64,000 nucleotides of DNA, from the NCBI GenBank assembly GCA_030704615.1, contig CM060731.1, positions 12,028,001 to 12,092,000 on the forward strand, given 5' to 3'. Shown one piece after another: positions 12,601 through 25,446 of the stretch (position 1 is the stretch's first letter; each line of letters starts with the position of its first letter). The notes under the pieces were generated by a model. It worked only from the letters and a program-made list of their open reading frames with translations, ran no database searches and was not told where the DNA came from. The DNA is from Takakia lepidozioides (lineage: Eukaryota; Plantae; Bryophyta). The position numbers were made by a program, and so were the translations under genes.

Positions 12601-14281
12601 ATTGCCAAAGTTTGGAGCATTCATCAAATACAGGGCTTCAAAGCAGTTTACCAGGCTGAGGTGATGAACGTCTAGTTTGCTGGGAAACCTCACACTTGGA
12701 TAATTTTAGGACAGTAGCTTCCACTGACATGATTAGGGCGTGAGAGAGGGTTTTGTTGACAGATCTGGGGTTGCTTTGCAGGGAATCATTTCATCAGCAC
12801 TAAACTTTGCGCTCATGACATGGTCGCTATCCAAAGTTGGTCCACTCTTCGTGGCCTGCTACATCCCAGTCCAGCCTGTTTCCTCAGCAGTCCTAGCCCT
12901 TGTTTTCTTGGGAAGCACACTCTATCTGGGCAGGTAAGCACTCCCTCTGCTGTTGGTTACTACTAAGTTAGTCAACCAAATTCTTAACTTGAGGTTGTGC
13001 AAATCTTGGTCATTGTGGTTTTGTTTTTCAAAGCTTGGATGTGAATGAAATAAGAATGCAAAGAACTGTGCACTTGACAGCTCCTTGCAAACATTCACGA
13101 TGACATATCCTTGTGGATATAGTCCCCAGAGATTACTAACCGTTCGCCCACTAGGCTATATATGATTCAAACTGGACTTGTCACAGGGCACGTGCACAGC
13201 TTTAACAAATAGGGTACAGAAAGAGTATCATTTGATGTCTGATCTGGCATTGACTAGACAGAGTCTGAGACACATGTTCGTCCAGCCCTTTGCAGGGAAA
13301 AGATGTGACCAATGTGGCTGTGTGAAAGGGCAGAGACAGAGAAATAGTAGAAAGAAATGAAATGACATGATACTTTATCACATCCACGGAATGCTCAAAG
13401 AGCTTATGGGACAAAAGAAAGCAGAATATTAGAATGTGGCGGCCCCAACAAGCAGCACAGAAACAACTCTTAAATTTCAAGAGATTCTGTAAGGTGGAGA
13501 GACTCGTGTACATATGCTTTTCAAGCATGTCTGGTCCGCATGATGAAAGACCTCGGCAAGGATAGGCTGTCTCAGAATAGAAAATAGTATCAACCCCGAT
13601 CTCATACTAGATAGGACATCGAAAGAAAATTTTCCTCCAGTCTAAATCTCCTGTTGTCATCACTCACGCAAGCAGGGCACAAGCTGTCAGCATGCTCCAG
13701 ATAGTCCCATCTTTGAAGAGGAATCTCCGATCAGCCTCAGTAGGACCACATCATCTATCATCTGTCAACAAAACAGAACCGTAGAAGTTGAGAAAGAGTG
13801 AGGGTTGTCGCTTATAGATTCTCAGCTTAGACCAAAGAATCCTAACATATTGTGGGTGCATGTATGTTTGGGTGGGCAGCGTGTTGGGGACAGTTTTGAT
13901 TTTGCTCGGATTGCTACTGGTCTCCTGGGCCCGCGAGGAATCAGCTCGGTTGACGGCCCTTTCTCTAGAAATAGAGAGCTCACACTACAGTGACCAAGCA
14001 GAGGCCCTTGTTCCAGGCCTGAAGACACCACTGCTTCAGGTAAGCTTCCCACTATGTTTCTTAATGTCTCACAGTTTAAATTGGTAGGGTTATCTTGCAC
14101 AATGTCTCATTTTGTGCCCTGGCTAAGGATGAGCCAATGCATTGTGTTATATTCTCAGAAGAAAAGCTGCTGGCCTGAAAGTGCTGTTTCTGATTTGCTT
14201 CTTACTTCTACAGTTTCTTTTGTTTTACTTTCTTAGCTTGTGACTTCCAAGCAAAATCTTGTGTGGTCTGTGCAGGTATAG
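9624..14281 (+). CDS. WAT1-related / UMAMIT (EamA, nodulin MtN21) transporter; approximate exons 9624-9835, 10229-10291, 10543-10659, 11020-11287, 12175-12333, 12782-12933, 13880-14039, 14276-14281
   Basis: Family-typical peptides GYYVITKVALVNGMNRVVLSIYRD, AKVAGIAICCAGAILMTFYKGP, WHLGTLCLLGNCLC, KVGPLFVACYIPVQPV, LYLGSVLGTVLILLGLLLVSW; frame-consistent GT-AG introns; the last exon encodes only Val plus stop. Confidence 0.9.
13356..13420 (-). mobile_element. 3' tail fragment of LINE family A (stem-loop + (CATTT)n) in a UMAMIT intron
   Basis: aatgaaatgac...ccacggaatgctcaaagagcttatgggacaaaa matches the tails at 36004, 40858, 41116 and 42006. Confidence 0.65.
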
Positions 14282-15776
14282 ACATGTCGGTGGGGAGCAG
14301 GAAGCCTGTATTTGAACCTATTGGTTCTGGATACCACGGGTAATATATCAATGTCATCTACATGTCTACCCTTTAGAGTATCAAAGGCTGACAAGCCCTG
14401 GTTTTGTTCAGCACACTCAGAAAAGGCACCTCAGCAAGTTTCAATATGAGACGGTGTGCATTTTGCTATTGCTCCAATTGGATCGGTATCGTTAGTTGTC
14501 AGCAGGATATTCCAATTTATTATTTTTTACATTAAATGACAACTCCATCCTCCTTGTGGCCTGTCCATATCTATATGTGTGCAGCACGACTTGAGAAATC
14601 AAATTAGAGAAACTTGTGGCAAATAGGGCCTTCTGAGATACTTACTGTGTCTTGTGCTCTGGTCTCAACAACCCTTTGTGCATCTTTCAAAACAATCCCT
14701 CGTGTCTGCACTGCTCAATGCTGTGGCAGGAAATTCTAGCTCTATTTTGAGTTTTGTAATTTGCAGAGTAGCAGTGTACACCAGGGAGTCCCGTCTCTAG
14801 AATGGGAAGAGGTGCAGACGTGCAGACATGCTCTTCTTTGTACTGCTGCAATAGAGGATTGGTACAGGAGGATACTAGAGGTTCAGTAAGTTTCCTGTGG
14901 ACTTCCATTGTGGTCTCCACTGAGCATTGACTAGAGGGGCACAAAGCTCATATCCTTTTCTTTTTACTGAGAAGTTTGGCATATCTTTCTCTCACATTGG
15001 AACTTGAGAATAGTGTTCTGGGAATCTAGCATGATCTTGCACATACAGACCCTAATCAGCGAAATATTGGTTTTCCCACCAGACCACCAAGGTGGCGTAT
15101 GTGCAAGCTGAGTCTGAATCATCTGAACTACCATGCAAATTCGAGGCAAATTCAAAGTCTAAATTACTGAGATTATTGTTAACGCTCGGGACTCTGCAGG
15201 TACCAAAGGCTGGGTTTCAAAATGACTGCTGAGCGGACTAGTAGAAAGACAGACCAGAAGGCCAGCAGGTTGTTGCATGCAGGACCAGTCAGTCACATCT
15301 ATACCGTGATTTGATTCAGTTGTGTTACCACTTCTGATTCTCAATGCAATACTGCAGTCCAGTCAGCCTTTTAGACTATGTGAAGAGGTACTCATTACAT
15401 AAGCAAGCCTGGGACAACTTTCTGGCACTGCAACGGCCTTGAAATAATTGCAAGACGAGTAATTGTAAGGTCTTTTGTACAAGAAGATTTGCTCTCTTAA
15501 AACTCAATACTGTTCCTCCTCCTCTACTATCCTGTACGATCGTGTCATTTGCGAAGCATACACTAAGTGGCAGTAGTTTGGGATTAAAAGGAAAGATTGA
15601 TCGTTCACTCTCATCAATGTAGTTGTGCGTCTGGCCCTGAGTACTGTCCACAGGTCTGCATATGAACTTCTCACAATATGTAGGACATGCAGGACAGCTT
15701 GTCCATGTCCTGGCAGCAAAGTCCTAGACTAACAATTTTTCTGCAGTACTGAAGAAGAAATAGCCATTTCCGAGTA

Positions 15777-16405
15777 CCGTACTTACCCAGCTTATTAGGC
15801 AATAATTAATTCAAAATCAAGTGCCTAATTAGATTTAGATTTTTTTTGAAAAATGTGCCTAAAACTTGGAAAATGCTCCTGAGAAGTACCTAAAGGCTCG
15901 AAAACTGTGAAAAATACCAAAATGTCCAAATATGTGGAAAAAATGCCTACAATTTAAAAATGCCTACAATTACCCCAACAATAGTTCTTGAGGGAGGTCA
16001 AAAACAATTGTTCATTATGTTATTTTGTTATGGACGTGGTGCCTTTCGATAAGTAGATCCTTGATAAGAGTGGATGAATGTTTTTTCAAACGAACTATAT
16101 TAAGGCTCAGCATAACAACTATGGAGGTGTGCTAACAAAGAGGAGAGCCATATTTTCATAACACATATCAAATAACGCTCTAGTCATGCCATTTTCAAGT
16201 GTAAATTTTTACAGACCAAAGATTTCATAACATTAAGGGTGACATAACAAAAATAACCTTTATCCAGGGCCAACTGTAATACATGCCTAATGGTTTGAAT
16301 TTACCTAGTTGAGGTGCCTAAATAATAAAAACGAATCTGCCTAATAATATTCCATTTTTATTACTTATTAGGCACAGAAGTGCCTAATAAGCTAGGTAAG
16401 TACGG
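15777..16405. mobile_element. Tc1/mariner(pogo)-type MITE
   Basis: TIRs CCGTACTTACCCAGCTTATTAGGCA / TGCCTAATAAGCTAGGTAAGTACGG (1 mismatch), TA on both sides, internal TGCCTA subrepeats. Confidence 0.88.
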
Positions 16406-17050
16406 TATAGTTGGTTCTACAAGGTAACCTTCTCTGTCCTCTTTCGCAAACTCTTTCAGCAAAGATTCATTGCTAGTGAGAAGTTCCTCCACTTCAATAC
16501 ACTTCATATCTGATGGCCGAATCTCCCAGAAGCTGATATCTTTGAGAATCCGAAAGTTAGTTAAAAAGATGCCAAAAAGTTAGTTTAGTTTTTTTCGGGC
16601 TTCTATCTCACTACAGAAAAAGGAAGGCATTTTTTTTTTTCCAATTTTTTGCCAAAACACGAGAGATGAACGAGAGGTTGTCGCCGGAAAATCCATCTGA
16701 TTGTCAACATGGACTTATTAAAATCTGCAGATGTCATTTCTAGAGGTGCCGGCTCATTTTGTTGGCCATCTGGGATGCTGGGTAAAGTACACAAGTATCC
16801 ATTGGTGCTACTTTTGAAAAATGAGGAAAAAAAAAGTATATCCTATAGTGAGGGTTACTAGCAGGTCGTTGTAGGCCTTGGCTTTGTTTAATTGGTCGTG
16901 GACGCATAAATAGGTTCTGGACACATTAAACATGATGACTAATGTTTGAGGAGGATGGCGTTTAAGTTGGAAATACAGCATGTCTCATATCAACCACCAT
17001 TGGACATGGATGATGCAATATGAAACGCTATTAATATCTAACCTCAGCAT

Positions 17051-17336
17051 CAGTGTTTTTATTTCTGGCGAAATTTCGCACTTTTTCGACCTCAAAAATC
17101 AAAATCGAATATTCTGTAGTAAATTCCCTATTTTCTCATGGATGAAATCGCCAAAATTCTCAAAAAATAAAATAAATATTGGATGAATTCGCCTAATATG
17201 GATGATATACATGGATGAAAGTACAGAGGAGGATGATTCTGTCCAAATTTCAGTGGATGAGCAGAAAATATGGCTGTTTCCTGCAAAACTCAGTAGCCAG
17301 TCCTGTTCTTTTGCAAATTTGAAAAAAAAAACACTG
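17051..17336. mobile_element. hAT-type MITE
   Basis: TIRs CAGTGTTTTT / AAAAACACTG with perfect 8-bp TSD CTCAGCAT (17043-17050, 17337-17344). Confidence 0.88.
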
Positions 17337-19677
17337 CTCAGCATAATGATTTTTTGGTATATAATACAAGTGTTTTGAATCTTGCGTATTTATGATGCTT
17401 TGGTACAAACTTAGATGATAGATGGAAGATAATAGGAATAATGTAAGAACTCAATGCACACGTGCAACCTCTGACAGGATGGTACGCCGGTGTTTGGCAT
17501 GTCAAATCTTCCCCACCCTCTCTTGAGGGTGACATGGAACTGAAGGAGTGTAAACTTGAGTCGGGGTTACACAGGTGTGTAAGGTCTTGAAATTTGACTA
17601 AGTCCAGGTTACACAGAATGTGAGTTACATAATGTGAGTCACAGTATAAAATGGACTAACCAGAGTTAAATGAAAAACCAGTTACTGAGGGTTACACCAT
17701 TTGGAGGGTTACACTATAAGGGCCTCCCATCAAGAAAAGAACCTTGAACCTCACCACCAGTAACGCTGTCAGCCTTCCATCTTGCTACCCACCAGAGCTT
17801 GTAACCTACTTGGATTCTAAAGTACTTAATAGTGAAACCAAGGTAAAGAGGGGGTGGGGAGGATTTGCCAGGGGCCCCGCCGGAGGAGCCCAGGCCTCCG
17901 GAATCCGGCAAAAAGTACCGTGAGATCACCCCACGTCCATTAAGTTCTTACATTCTTCCATGATCGATTATAGCCTGTGTAACTTTATTTTGAAAAAATA
18001 CATATCAAAAAATAGATATATATAAATAACAGCCATGTACCAAAATACCTTTTTGATGACGCCATTTATGGAGCCTTGTAGAGTCAAGTCAAAATGTTAT
18101 TGGCAGTGTCACCAGCCACACTAGTTGAGAACCAGAAATAACAAAGTAGAGAAAGCTAGGGGTCACTTTCCACATGGATTCGTTTTTCGTGATGCTGATG
18201 TCATATAGAGGGAACACTAGTCTCCATAGATATTTCAATGTGCATCCATATCCTTAGGACTGTAAAGCGCACCTCAAGGTGAGGCGGGCTAGGTCCAGTT
18301 CTACCATACGCGCACGTGGGTTTCGGCACCCAGCTGCCGAATTAATTAATTTTTGAGACCTGGTGCTTTCGATGCATGGAAAGTAGTTTCCAGGGTTTTC
18401 GGCACTTGCCGTGGCTAATTTTTCGACATTGCACAAGCTACTCTCCTCCAGAATGTTCGTAGTCCATAACTCTCCACCATATTGACAGTGAACTTTTCCG
18501 CACTCCAAGCCTGTCCCTCCCATCCATATCCACTACGCCGTCCATGTCCATTATGGCATTATTGTTCATTTTTTTTTTCCAAAAGCTAGTGAGGTTTGTT
18601 ATGGGTTGTGTGCAATCTTGCACTTGCTTGCAGTGCGTTCGTGAGAGGAATCCTGACGTATACATTAGCACCATTCAGATTTGTATTTTCCATTTTCAAC
18701 ATATTATCCTTCAATTTTTATTAATTCGGACATTGTGAGCTTGGAATTTCTCGAATATTTCAGACAAGATGGTTCAATTTTCTCCATATTTTTGGACAGT
18801 GCCGTTTTAAATTAATTATGTGCAAAACCGACCCGTGCGTAGGGTACTCGCCTTAGCAGGTCAAAAACATTGATCCCACTTACTAAACAGATCATTCATT
18901 CCTTTAAGCTCCATGCCGCATTCTGCATGATGGTCTTCCAAGAGGCCAGCAGGTGAACACATGTGAACAGGTTTAAATATCAGGCTGCAACACATGGACG
19001 GAGTCAATGGATAGAACCCTTGCTCAACCCTATCTTGTATGATGCCAATGAATTGCAAAATTCACATGGAAAATGGCCCTAAGAAATGTTCTTTTTATGC
19101 GTAATGGGCCCAAAATTAAAGTGATCCTTAGTCTTACTATTACAAAAATATTCACTATGTTTTCAATTGCCATCATCCTAACTACAAGAGAAAGCCTTAG
19201 CTGGGGATTGACAGGGGTAGGAGGCGTCATCTATACAGAACCCATCTCGCACGCAACTCGAAAGGCATCGGGTTATTTGTAATCTAGGATTATCTCGCAC
19301 TCGAAAGGCATCAAGTTATTTGTAATCTAGGATTAGTGTAAAGGGAGGGCTTCTCTCTACATGGTACAACCCATTAATGGCCAATGATGAACACAACATA
19401 ACTTTTGTGCTAAAAGCCAAGTCCCCACCTCTTGGGATGAGGTTAGGGATGAATTTAGGATGGATGCAGATGGATGAGTTAGTATGTGTCCAAGAGCGAC
19501 AATGAGACCTACCATGGATGATATTGCTGAAGGTCATTCTAGTCTTCGTACACATGCATTGCCGTTGATGAAGTGAGTACCAATGTTGGGCGGTTATTTG
19601 ATTTTTTTGATATCGGGCGGTTATGGATGTTGTCTTTTCTCAAATTCCCCCTCAAGCTCATCTACCAAATTCTCCCA

Positions 19678-19938
19678 ACAGGGTAGGGACTACGTATCAA
19701 GTTGGCCAAAGTGACCTTAACCTTATACCATGGGTTGTTCCCATGAAACTTAATGGGAACATGACAGTTTTTAATTCCCCGTTGGGCACATGTTACACTT
19801 CATGCTGCCAGACAGGGTAGGACCTGTGCATCAAGTTGGCCAAAGTGCCCTTAACCTTATATCATGGGTTATTCCCACGAGACTTAATGGGAACATAAAG
19901 TTTTTAATTCCCATTTGGGCACATGTTACACTTCATAT
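19678..19938. repeat. ~135-bp tandem duplication near the hAT relic
   Basis: acagggtagg.ac...tcaagttggccaaagtg.ccttaaccttata.catgggtt.ttccca...ttgggcacatgttacacttcat x2. Confidence 0.8.
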
Positions 19939-19999
19939 CAATAAAATAAAACAATGGCAAGGCCTTTGTGTATCTCACGCCTTGTGAGATCGCTACATG

Positions 20000-21578
20000 T
20001 CTTTGGAGACGTGCAACCCAATCTAGGATCATCTGGCCAATTTTTTAAGACAAAAATCATTTTGTCTAGATTTTTAGTTTGAACGGCGGAGAGCGGTGAG
20101 CACTCCTACAATTGAAAAAATATGCTCCGTCTCAATCTGGCTTCCAGGGATGCCAAGGATTTGTCTTGCAAGAAGACCCATCGTACGAAACTTGGCCTTA
20201 TGTATCCTCCACCACGCCAATTCTCTACTCACAGCCTCTTTGTTGGTTTCAGCATTTGTCTCACAAGTCTGAAGTAAATCAATAACGTTATCTTGAACTG
20301 GACCAAAGTTACTCTCAACAACAATAGTTGGCATAAGATGACGATAACACACAAGAAGCATAGGGATTAAGGATTTAGAGTCATACTCCATAACAATCCG
20401 ATGGCATCAACACTGCCTACATAACCTAAGATCAAACCAAGGCCTTTGAACTTGGGGTCTAATATTTAATTGCCCATAAATGCCAAAAAAAGTGCCAAGA
20501 CATTGATAATTTCTTGTTTCATGCGAGCTAACATTTCGGCCAATTCTCCATCAAAATCATGGAGTTGACAGTTTGCAAGGTTGTTGGGCCTGTAAGATAT
20601 TTCTTGTTGCAACTGGAGGGTCATGGTAATTGCAACATTTAAAACATCAGATAATAACCAGTGGACATGACTTTGATTCAGCACACATGCCGTGACGACG
20701 GGTGACATCGTTTTCACAATTGTCTCTGCTAGCCTATGTCTTGGCAGTAGGAATTCGAGCTGCTAAGGCAAGTGTTGTCGACCATAACATAAGTGAATTG
20801 GAGCCCTAAACTGTATGTCATCTTCAAACACCATAACTCGAGATGCAAATTTGCACCCACAATTGATAGAGAAATATAAAGTATTGTATAATCACTAATA
20901 ACCATAATTGCAAAAAATTATTCAATGATGGATCATAAAGAATTGTACCTTGTCTTAACAGGAGTATTTAATTTGCGAGATGGTATGCCTGAGTCAATGC
21001 AAGCCAAGTCCCACTCATGTCGCCCCTTCCCAGATTTTTCGGCCATGTAATACACTTTTGAATGTCCGATTGGGCAGTTTTGATGGATACATATGTCATG
21101 CCTCTACAAATCTTCTCATCGTTTGTAGCATACTGGCATGCCTTAGACATAGCATGTCCAAAGCAAGAGCCCTGAAAAGGCTTAGTCACCTCCAAGCTTT
21201 CACATGAAACCACTGACCTCAATGCTTTGTGTCATAGTGAAAGGTTGTTGCCCTCATCTTTAACATAAACATATTATCATGTTTGTTAGTGAGAATTTGT
21301 CAAGTAGGGCCCGCAACTTGATGGCCATAGCAAGTCCTGTAGTCTGTGTTGCTTCAAACATGCCAATCGTGACATGTCTGGACTCCCAGTCAATCGTCAG
21401 GAAATTCACAACACGTCATGTGCTCCTTTAGACATCCATAAATCAAAGCTTGCACTCGATGATAAACAAGTAGACATAGCAGGGATGACATAAGTTTGTG
21501 TTGTGCGCTCCACTAATCTTGGTAGCACTTCATTGTAAAGACCTTACGCAATGGAAAAACTACCCTAGGACACAACCG
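20000..21578 (-). pseudogene. hAT transposase relic, interrupted at 21578 by a retroelement
   Basis: Minus-strand fragments LCPRVVFP...EVLPRLVERT, SFDLWMSKGAHD (first catalytic D region), CFGHAMSKACQYAT (CxxH), and the hAT dimerization motif LAWWRIHKAKFRTMGLLARQILGIPGSQIETEHIFS; multiple stops and frameshifts. Confidence 0.85.
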
Positions 21579-22269
21579 AAGTGGTGGTTTTTTCAGGTTC
21601 TTTCCGTTGAGAGAAATGGTACATTGTACGTAACTTGGTAAACCCGTATGAAGGCTATGTGGTAATGCAGAGTAATGCCATGCAGGTAGATGACTGCTCG
21701 AAAGATGAAAGCCCTTCTATATTCTGGAATTGATGGGATAGCCATCCTTTGAAGCCAAATTGATTCAACAAGTGCCAGATACGAGTTAGTTGTAGCACGT
21801 GTGGTTTTTGCTTGAGAATGAGAGAAACCAGGTTGTTATGCAAGGAGCACCGTGGAGCTCTTGGTTGTTAGAAGCGGAGGCGATGTGGGTTACGAGGTGG
21901 TAGACCTTGGCATTCGATCTTCAGCTTCAGAGATGAAAGCACCATGCTGCAGGATTGCAAGACCAAGCGAAAGGGCTGATTTGGCTTGGGGCAAATCAGT
22001 GCACTTTGTGGAGTATGTTGAGATTGGGTTTCAATCTCGAGCTTCAGCATTGAGATGGCTCTTGTCATGGCAAGAGCAGGGCTGGAACAAGAGCTAAGAG
22101 GTGCTGCAAGGCCATAGAATATGCACCTAGGGTTTCAAAGCTTGGAAGAAGAGCTCTTGCACCACAAGAGGAGTGTCTTGTGGCTGGAAATGTAAGCCTT
22201 AGGGTTTCAGGAGCTTGGCAAGGGCTGTGGAGTGCTTAGTCTTGTCTTAGAGAGCATCAAGGAGCTAAG

Positions 22270-22740
22270 GAGCCAAGATAGGGGGCTGATACCTCTTGTG
22301 TAAAGAGGTTGCATGTGTGGAGCATGTATTCAGCTCATTGAAGTTTCCATCTTCAAGCTTGGAGGACAAGCAAGAAAGAGGGAAGGGCTGACTTCCCTTA
22401 TGTGAGAGCAATGCATGTGTGGAGCATGCTTTCAGCCTGTTGAAGGCTTGTACTTTTAGGTTTGGGAGTGCAAGAAAGGAAGGAAGGGGCTGGTTTCCCT
22501 GTAGGGCATGTGTGGAGCATGCTTCTAGCCCGCCTGAAGCGTGTATTTTCAGGTTGGTGGGTGCAAGAAAGAAAACAAAGGGGCTGATTCTCTTGTGGTG
22601 AGAGTGGGGCATGTGTGGAGCATGCCTTCAGTCCATTGGGCTTTTGTTTTCAAGCTTTAGAGAACTAGAAGAGAAGGTAAAGGGCTGATCTGCTCTTATG
22701 TGACAGTCCGACACTGGTAGAGCGTGTTCTTAGTTGGGGT
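22270..22740. repeat. ~99-bp tandem repeat (about 5 diverged units) within the retroelement
   Basis: gggctga...gcatgtgtggagcatg...tcagc recurs at ~22282, 22382, 22481, 22578 and 22679. Confidence 0.8.
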
Positions 22741-23136
22741 TTCAACCTCAAGCCTAGATAGAGCATGGCTCTTGAAGTGGCAGATGTAGGGGGCTGGAAT
22801 AGGCTCTAAAACAGATGCTATGGCCAAGGAAAACGCTTGAATGAGTGCTCACAAGGGCTGGAAACCAGCAAGGCTTGGTTGTTTGTCATTGAGTTTAGTG
22901 GCGTGTTTGGGAAGTCTAAATGAGAAAGAAGGCTTGGTTTGTGGCAACCATCTTCCTCATGGCTTAGGGCTACTATGGGTGGTGTGTGGGAGCTGAAAGA
23001 GCAAGAATACCTTGCTGATTTCTTACAGCCGCCATAGCTCGGTGCAAAAAAGCCTAAAGTCCAAGAGACACAAACCCTAGCTTGGCGTGGCTAAATCCCT
23101 TGGAGAAATGGCTAAACTGCCATGAGTGGCCATGGA

Positions 23137-24505
23137 TGGGGCTGTGAGGGGCTGTGAGGGGCTGTGACACGCTGTGCCATGTGGCCTGTGGGGCTGTGAG
23201 GGGCAGTGACAGGCTGTGGCGGGCTATGACACGCTGTGCCCAGTGGCCTGTGGGGGTGTGAGGGGCTGTGAGGGGTTGTGACAGGCTGTGCCCTGTGGCC
23301 TGTGGGGCTGTGACGGGCTATGAGGGGCTCTCACAGGCTGTGCCCTGTGGCGCTGTGATGGGATGTGACAGGCTGTGACAGGCTGTGGCGAGCTGTGACA
23401 CGCTGTGATGGGCTGTGAGGGGCTGTGCCCTGTGGCCTGTGGGGCTGTGACGGGTTGTGAGGGGCTGTGACAGGCTGTGCCTTGTGGCCTGTGGGGCTGT
23501 GAGGGGCTGTGAGGGGCTGTGACAGGCTGTGCCTTGTGGCCTGTGGGGCTGTGATGGGCTGTGACAGGATGTGGTGGGCTGTGCCATGTGGCCTGTGGGG
23601 CTGTGACGGGCTGTGATACACCGTGATGGGCCGTGAGGGGCTGTGACAGGCTGTGCCCTGTGGCCTGTGGGGCTGTGATGGGCTGTGAGGGGCTGTGGCC
23701 TTTGGGGCTGTGACCCCTTGTGACTTGTGTAGGGCTGTGACAGGCTGTGCCATGTGGCCTGTGGGGCTGTGAGGGGCTGTGAGGGGCTGTGACAGGCTGT
23801 GGCCTGTGGGGCTGTGACGGGCTATGAGGGGCTGTGACAGGTTGTGCCCTGTGGCCTGTGGGGCTGTGACGGGCTGTGACAGGCTATGGCGAGCTGTGAC
23901 AGGCTGTGAGGGGCTGTGACCCCTTGTGACCTGTGTAGGGCTGTGACAGGCTGTGCCATGTGGCCTGTATGGCTGTGACCCCTTGTGACCTGTGTAGGGC
24001 TGTGACAGGCTGTGCCATGTGGCCTGTAGGGCTGTGACGGGCTGTCAGGGGCTGTGACAGGCTGTGGCCTGTGGCCTGTGGGGCTGTGACGGGCTATGAG
24101 GGGCTGTGACAGGCTGTGCCCTATGGCCTGTGGGGCTGTGACGGGCTGTGAGGGGCTGTGGCCTTTGGGGCTGTGACCCCTTGTGACCTATGTAGGGCTG
24201 TGACAGGCTGTGCCATGTGGCCTGTGGGGCTGTTGTCTGTGGCCTGTGGGGCTGTGACGGGCTATGAGGGGCTGTGATGGGCTGTGACAGGCTGTGGCGA
24301 GCTGTGACAGGCTGTGAGGGGCTGTGACAGGTTGTGGCGGGCTGTGACAGGCTGTGCCCTGTGGCCTGTGGGGCTTTGACGGGCTGTGAGGGGCTGTGGC
24401 CTTTGGGGCTGTGACAGGCTGCGGCTTGTGGGGCTGTGACCCTGTGACCTGTGTAGGGCTGTGACAGGCTGTGGCCTGTGTAGGGCTGTGACGGCTGTGA
24501 CTAGT
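23137..24505. repeat. GC-rich minisatellite built on a 10-bp GGGGCTGTGA / CAGGCTGTGA unit with higher-order blocks
   Basis: About 1.37 kb of ggggctgtga, caggctgtga, cgggctgtga and tgtggcctgtgg variants. Confidence 0.95.
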
Positions 24506-25446
24506 GAGCTGTGTGGGCCTGTGCTGGTCTGTGGTGGCCCGTGTTGACCTGTGGACGGCCTGTGCTGACTCGTGGAGGCACTGGTGGACTGCCTAAGGAC
24601 TGACATGTGGTCTTCAAGGCCGAATTTTGAAGCTCGTGGAGGGCGGTTTGAGGAGTATCTTCATGATATTCCCATGGTCATGCAAGTGAGGGAGAGAGGA
24701 GAGGAAGAGTGTTGGGATGAGGGCATGTTGGGGTTAGGCATTGCTTTAGCTTCTCTTCCTCGTAGTTTCCACCCTCTCATTAGGCCAAGACCTCTCCATA
24801 GATGGAGGCAAGAGTCAGTCCGGGTTTGGGCTGGGGTGTCCTTGCAGGAGCAACACCGTGGAGTTGTTTTTGGTGTAGGGGAGTTGTCGTTCTGATTTCT
24901 TGTGCTTGGATCCCTTCCATACCTGCATGTTTGACTGTGCGCCATGCTAGTTTTGTGTGGGCGCTTGTTTTTATAGGTGATTGGTCCGGATTTGATCACC
25001 GGCCAGTCCTAGAGCATGCTGTCGATGGTGAGGCTGGGGTGATGACCAGCCAGACCATCATTGTTTTTCTCCTGTGGTGAGGTTGGAGGTGATGACCAAC
25101 CAACCGTAGGAGTGCTTGCGGTGGATGCAGGTACAGGTGTAGGCTATGTTAGGAACTTAGTATTCCAAACCGTAAGCCGCAACAGGTTCTCTACCCGGTT
25201 ACCTTGTGGAGAGGGGGTTAGGGACATGTTCATGACCGGTTGAGTATCAACACGGAGGTGCCACTAGTTGCTGGGGACAGTGCCGGTTCGAGCACTAGCG
25301 ATACTAGTGGGTGCACGAGACGAGGTGTGCGGTTTAGGCCACCTTCATCTCCTGTGTCTTCTACGGAAGGTTCTGATTCGGATTGTGAATCAGGAGGACT
25401 CATACCGGCGGTGCAAGTTGTTTTCTTGCCTTTGTTGTGGGACACA

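Noticed and set aside
14687-15720. Scattered minus-strand ORFs suggesting a degraded gene
   Set aside because: No recognisable domain in the frames examined
23318-24606. Minus-strand Pro/Ser/Thr/His-rich ORFs
   Set aside because: They are translations of the 10-bp minisatellite, with no independent coding evidence
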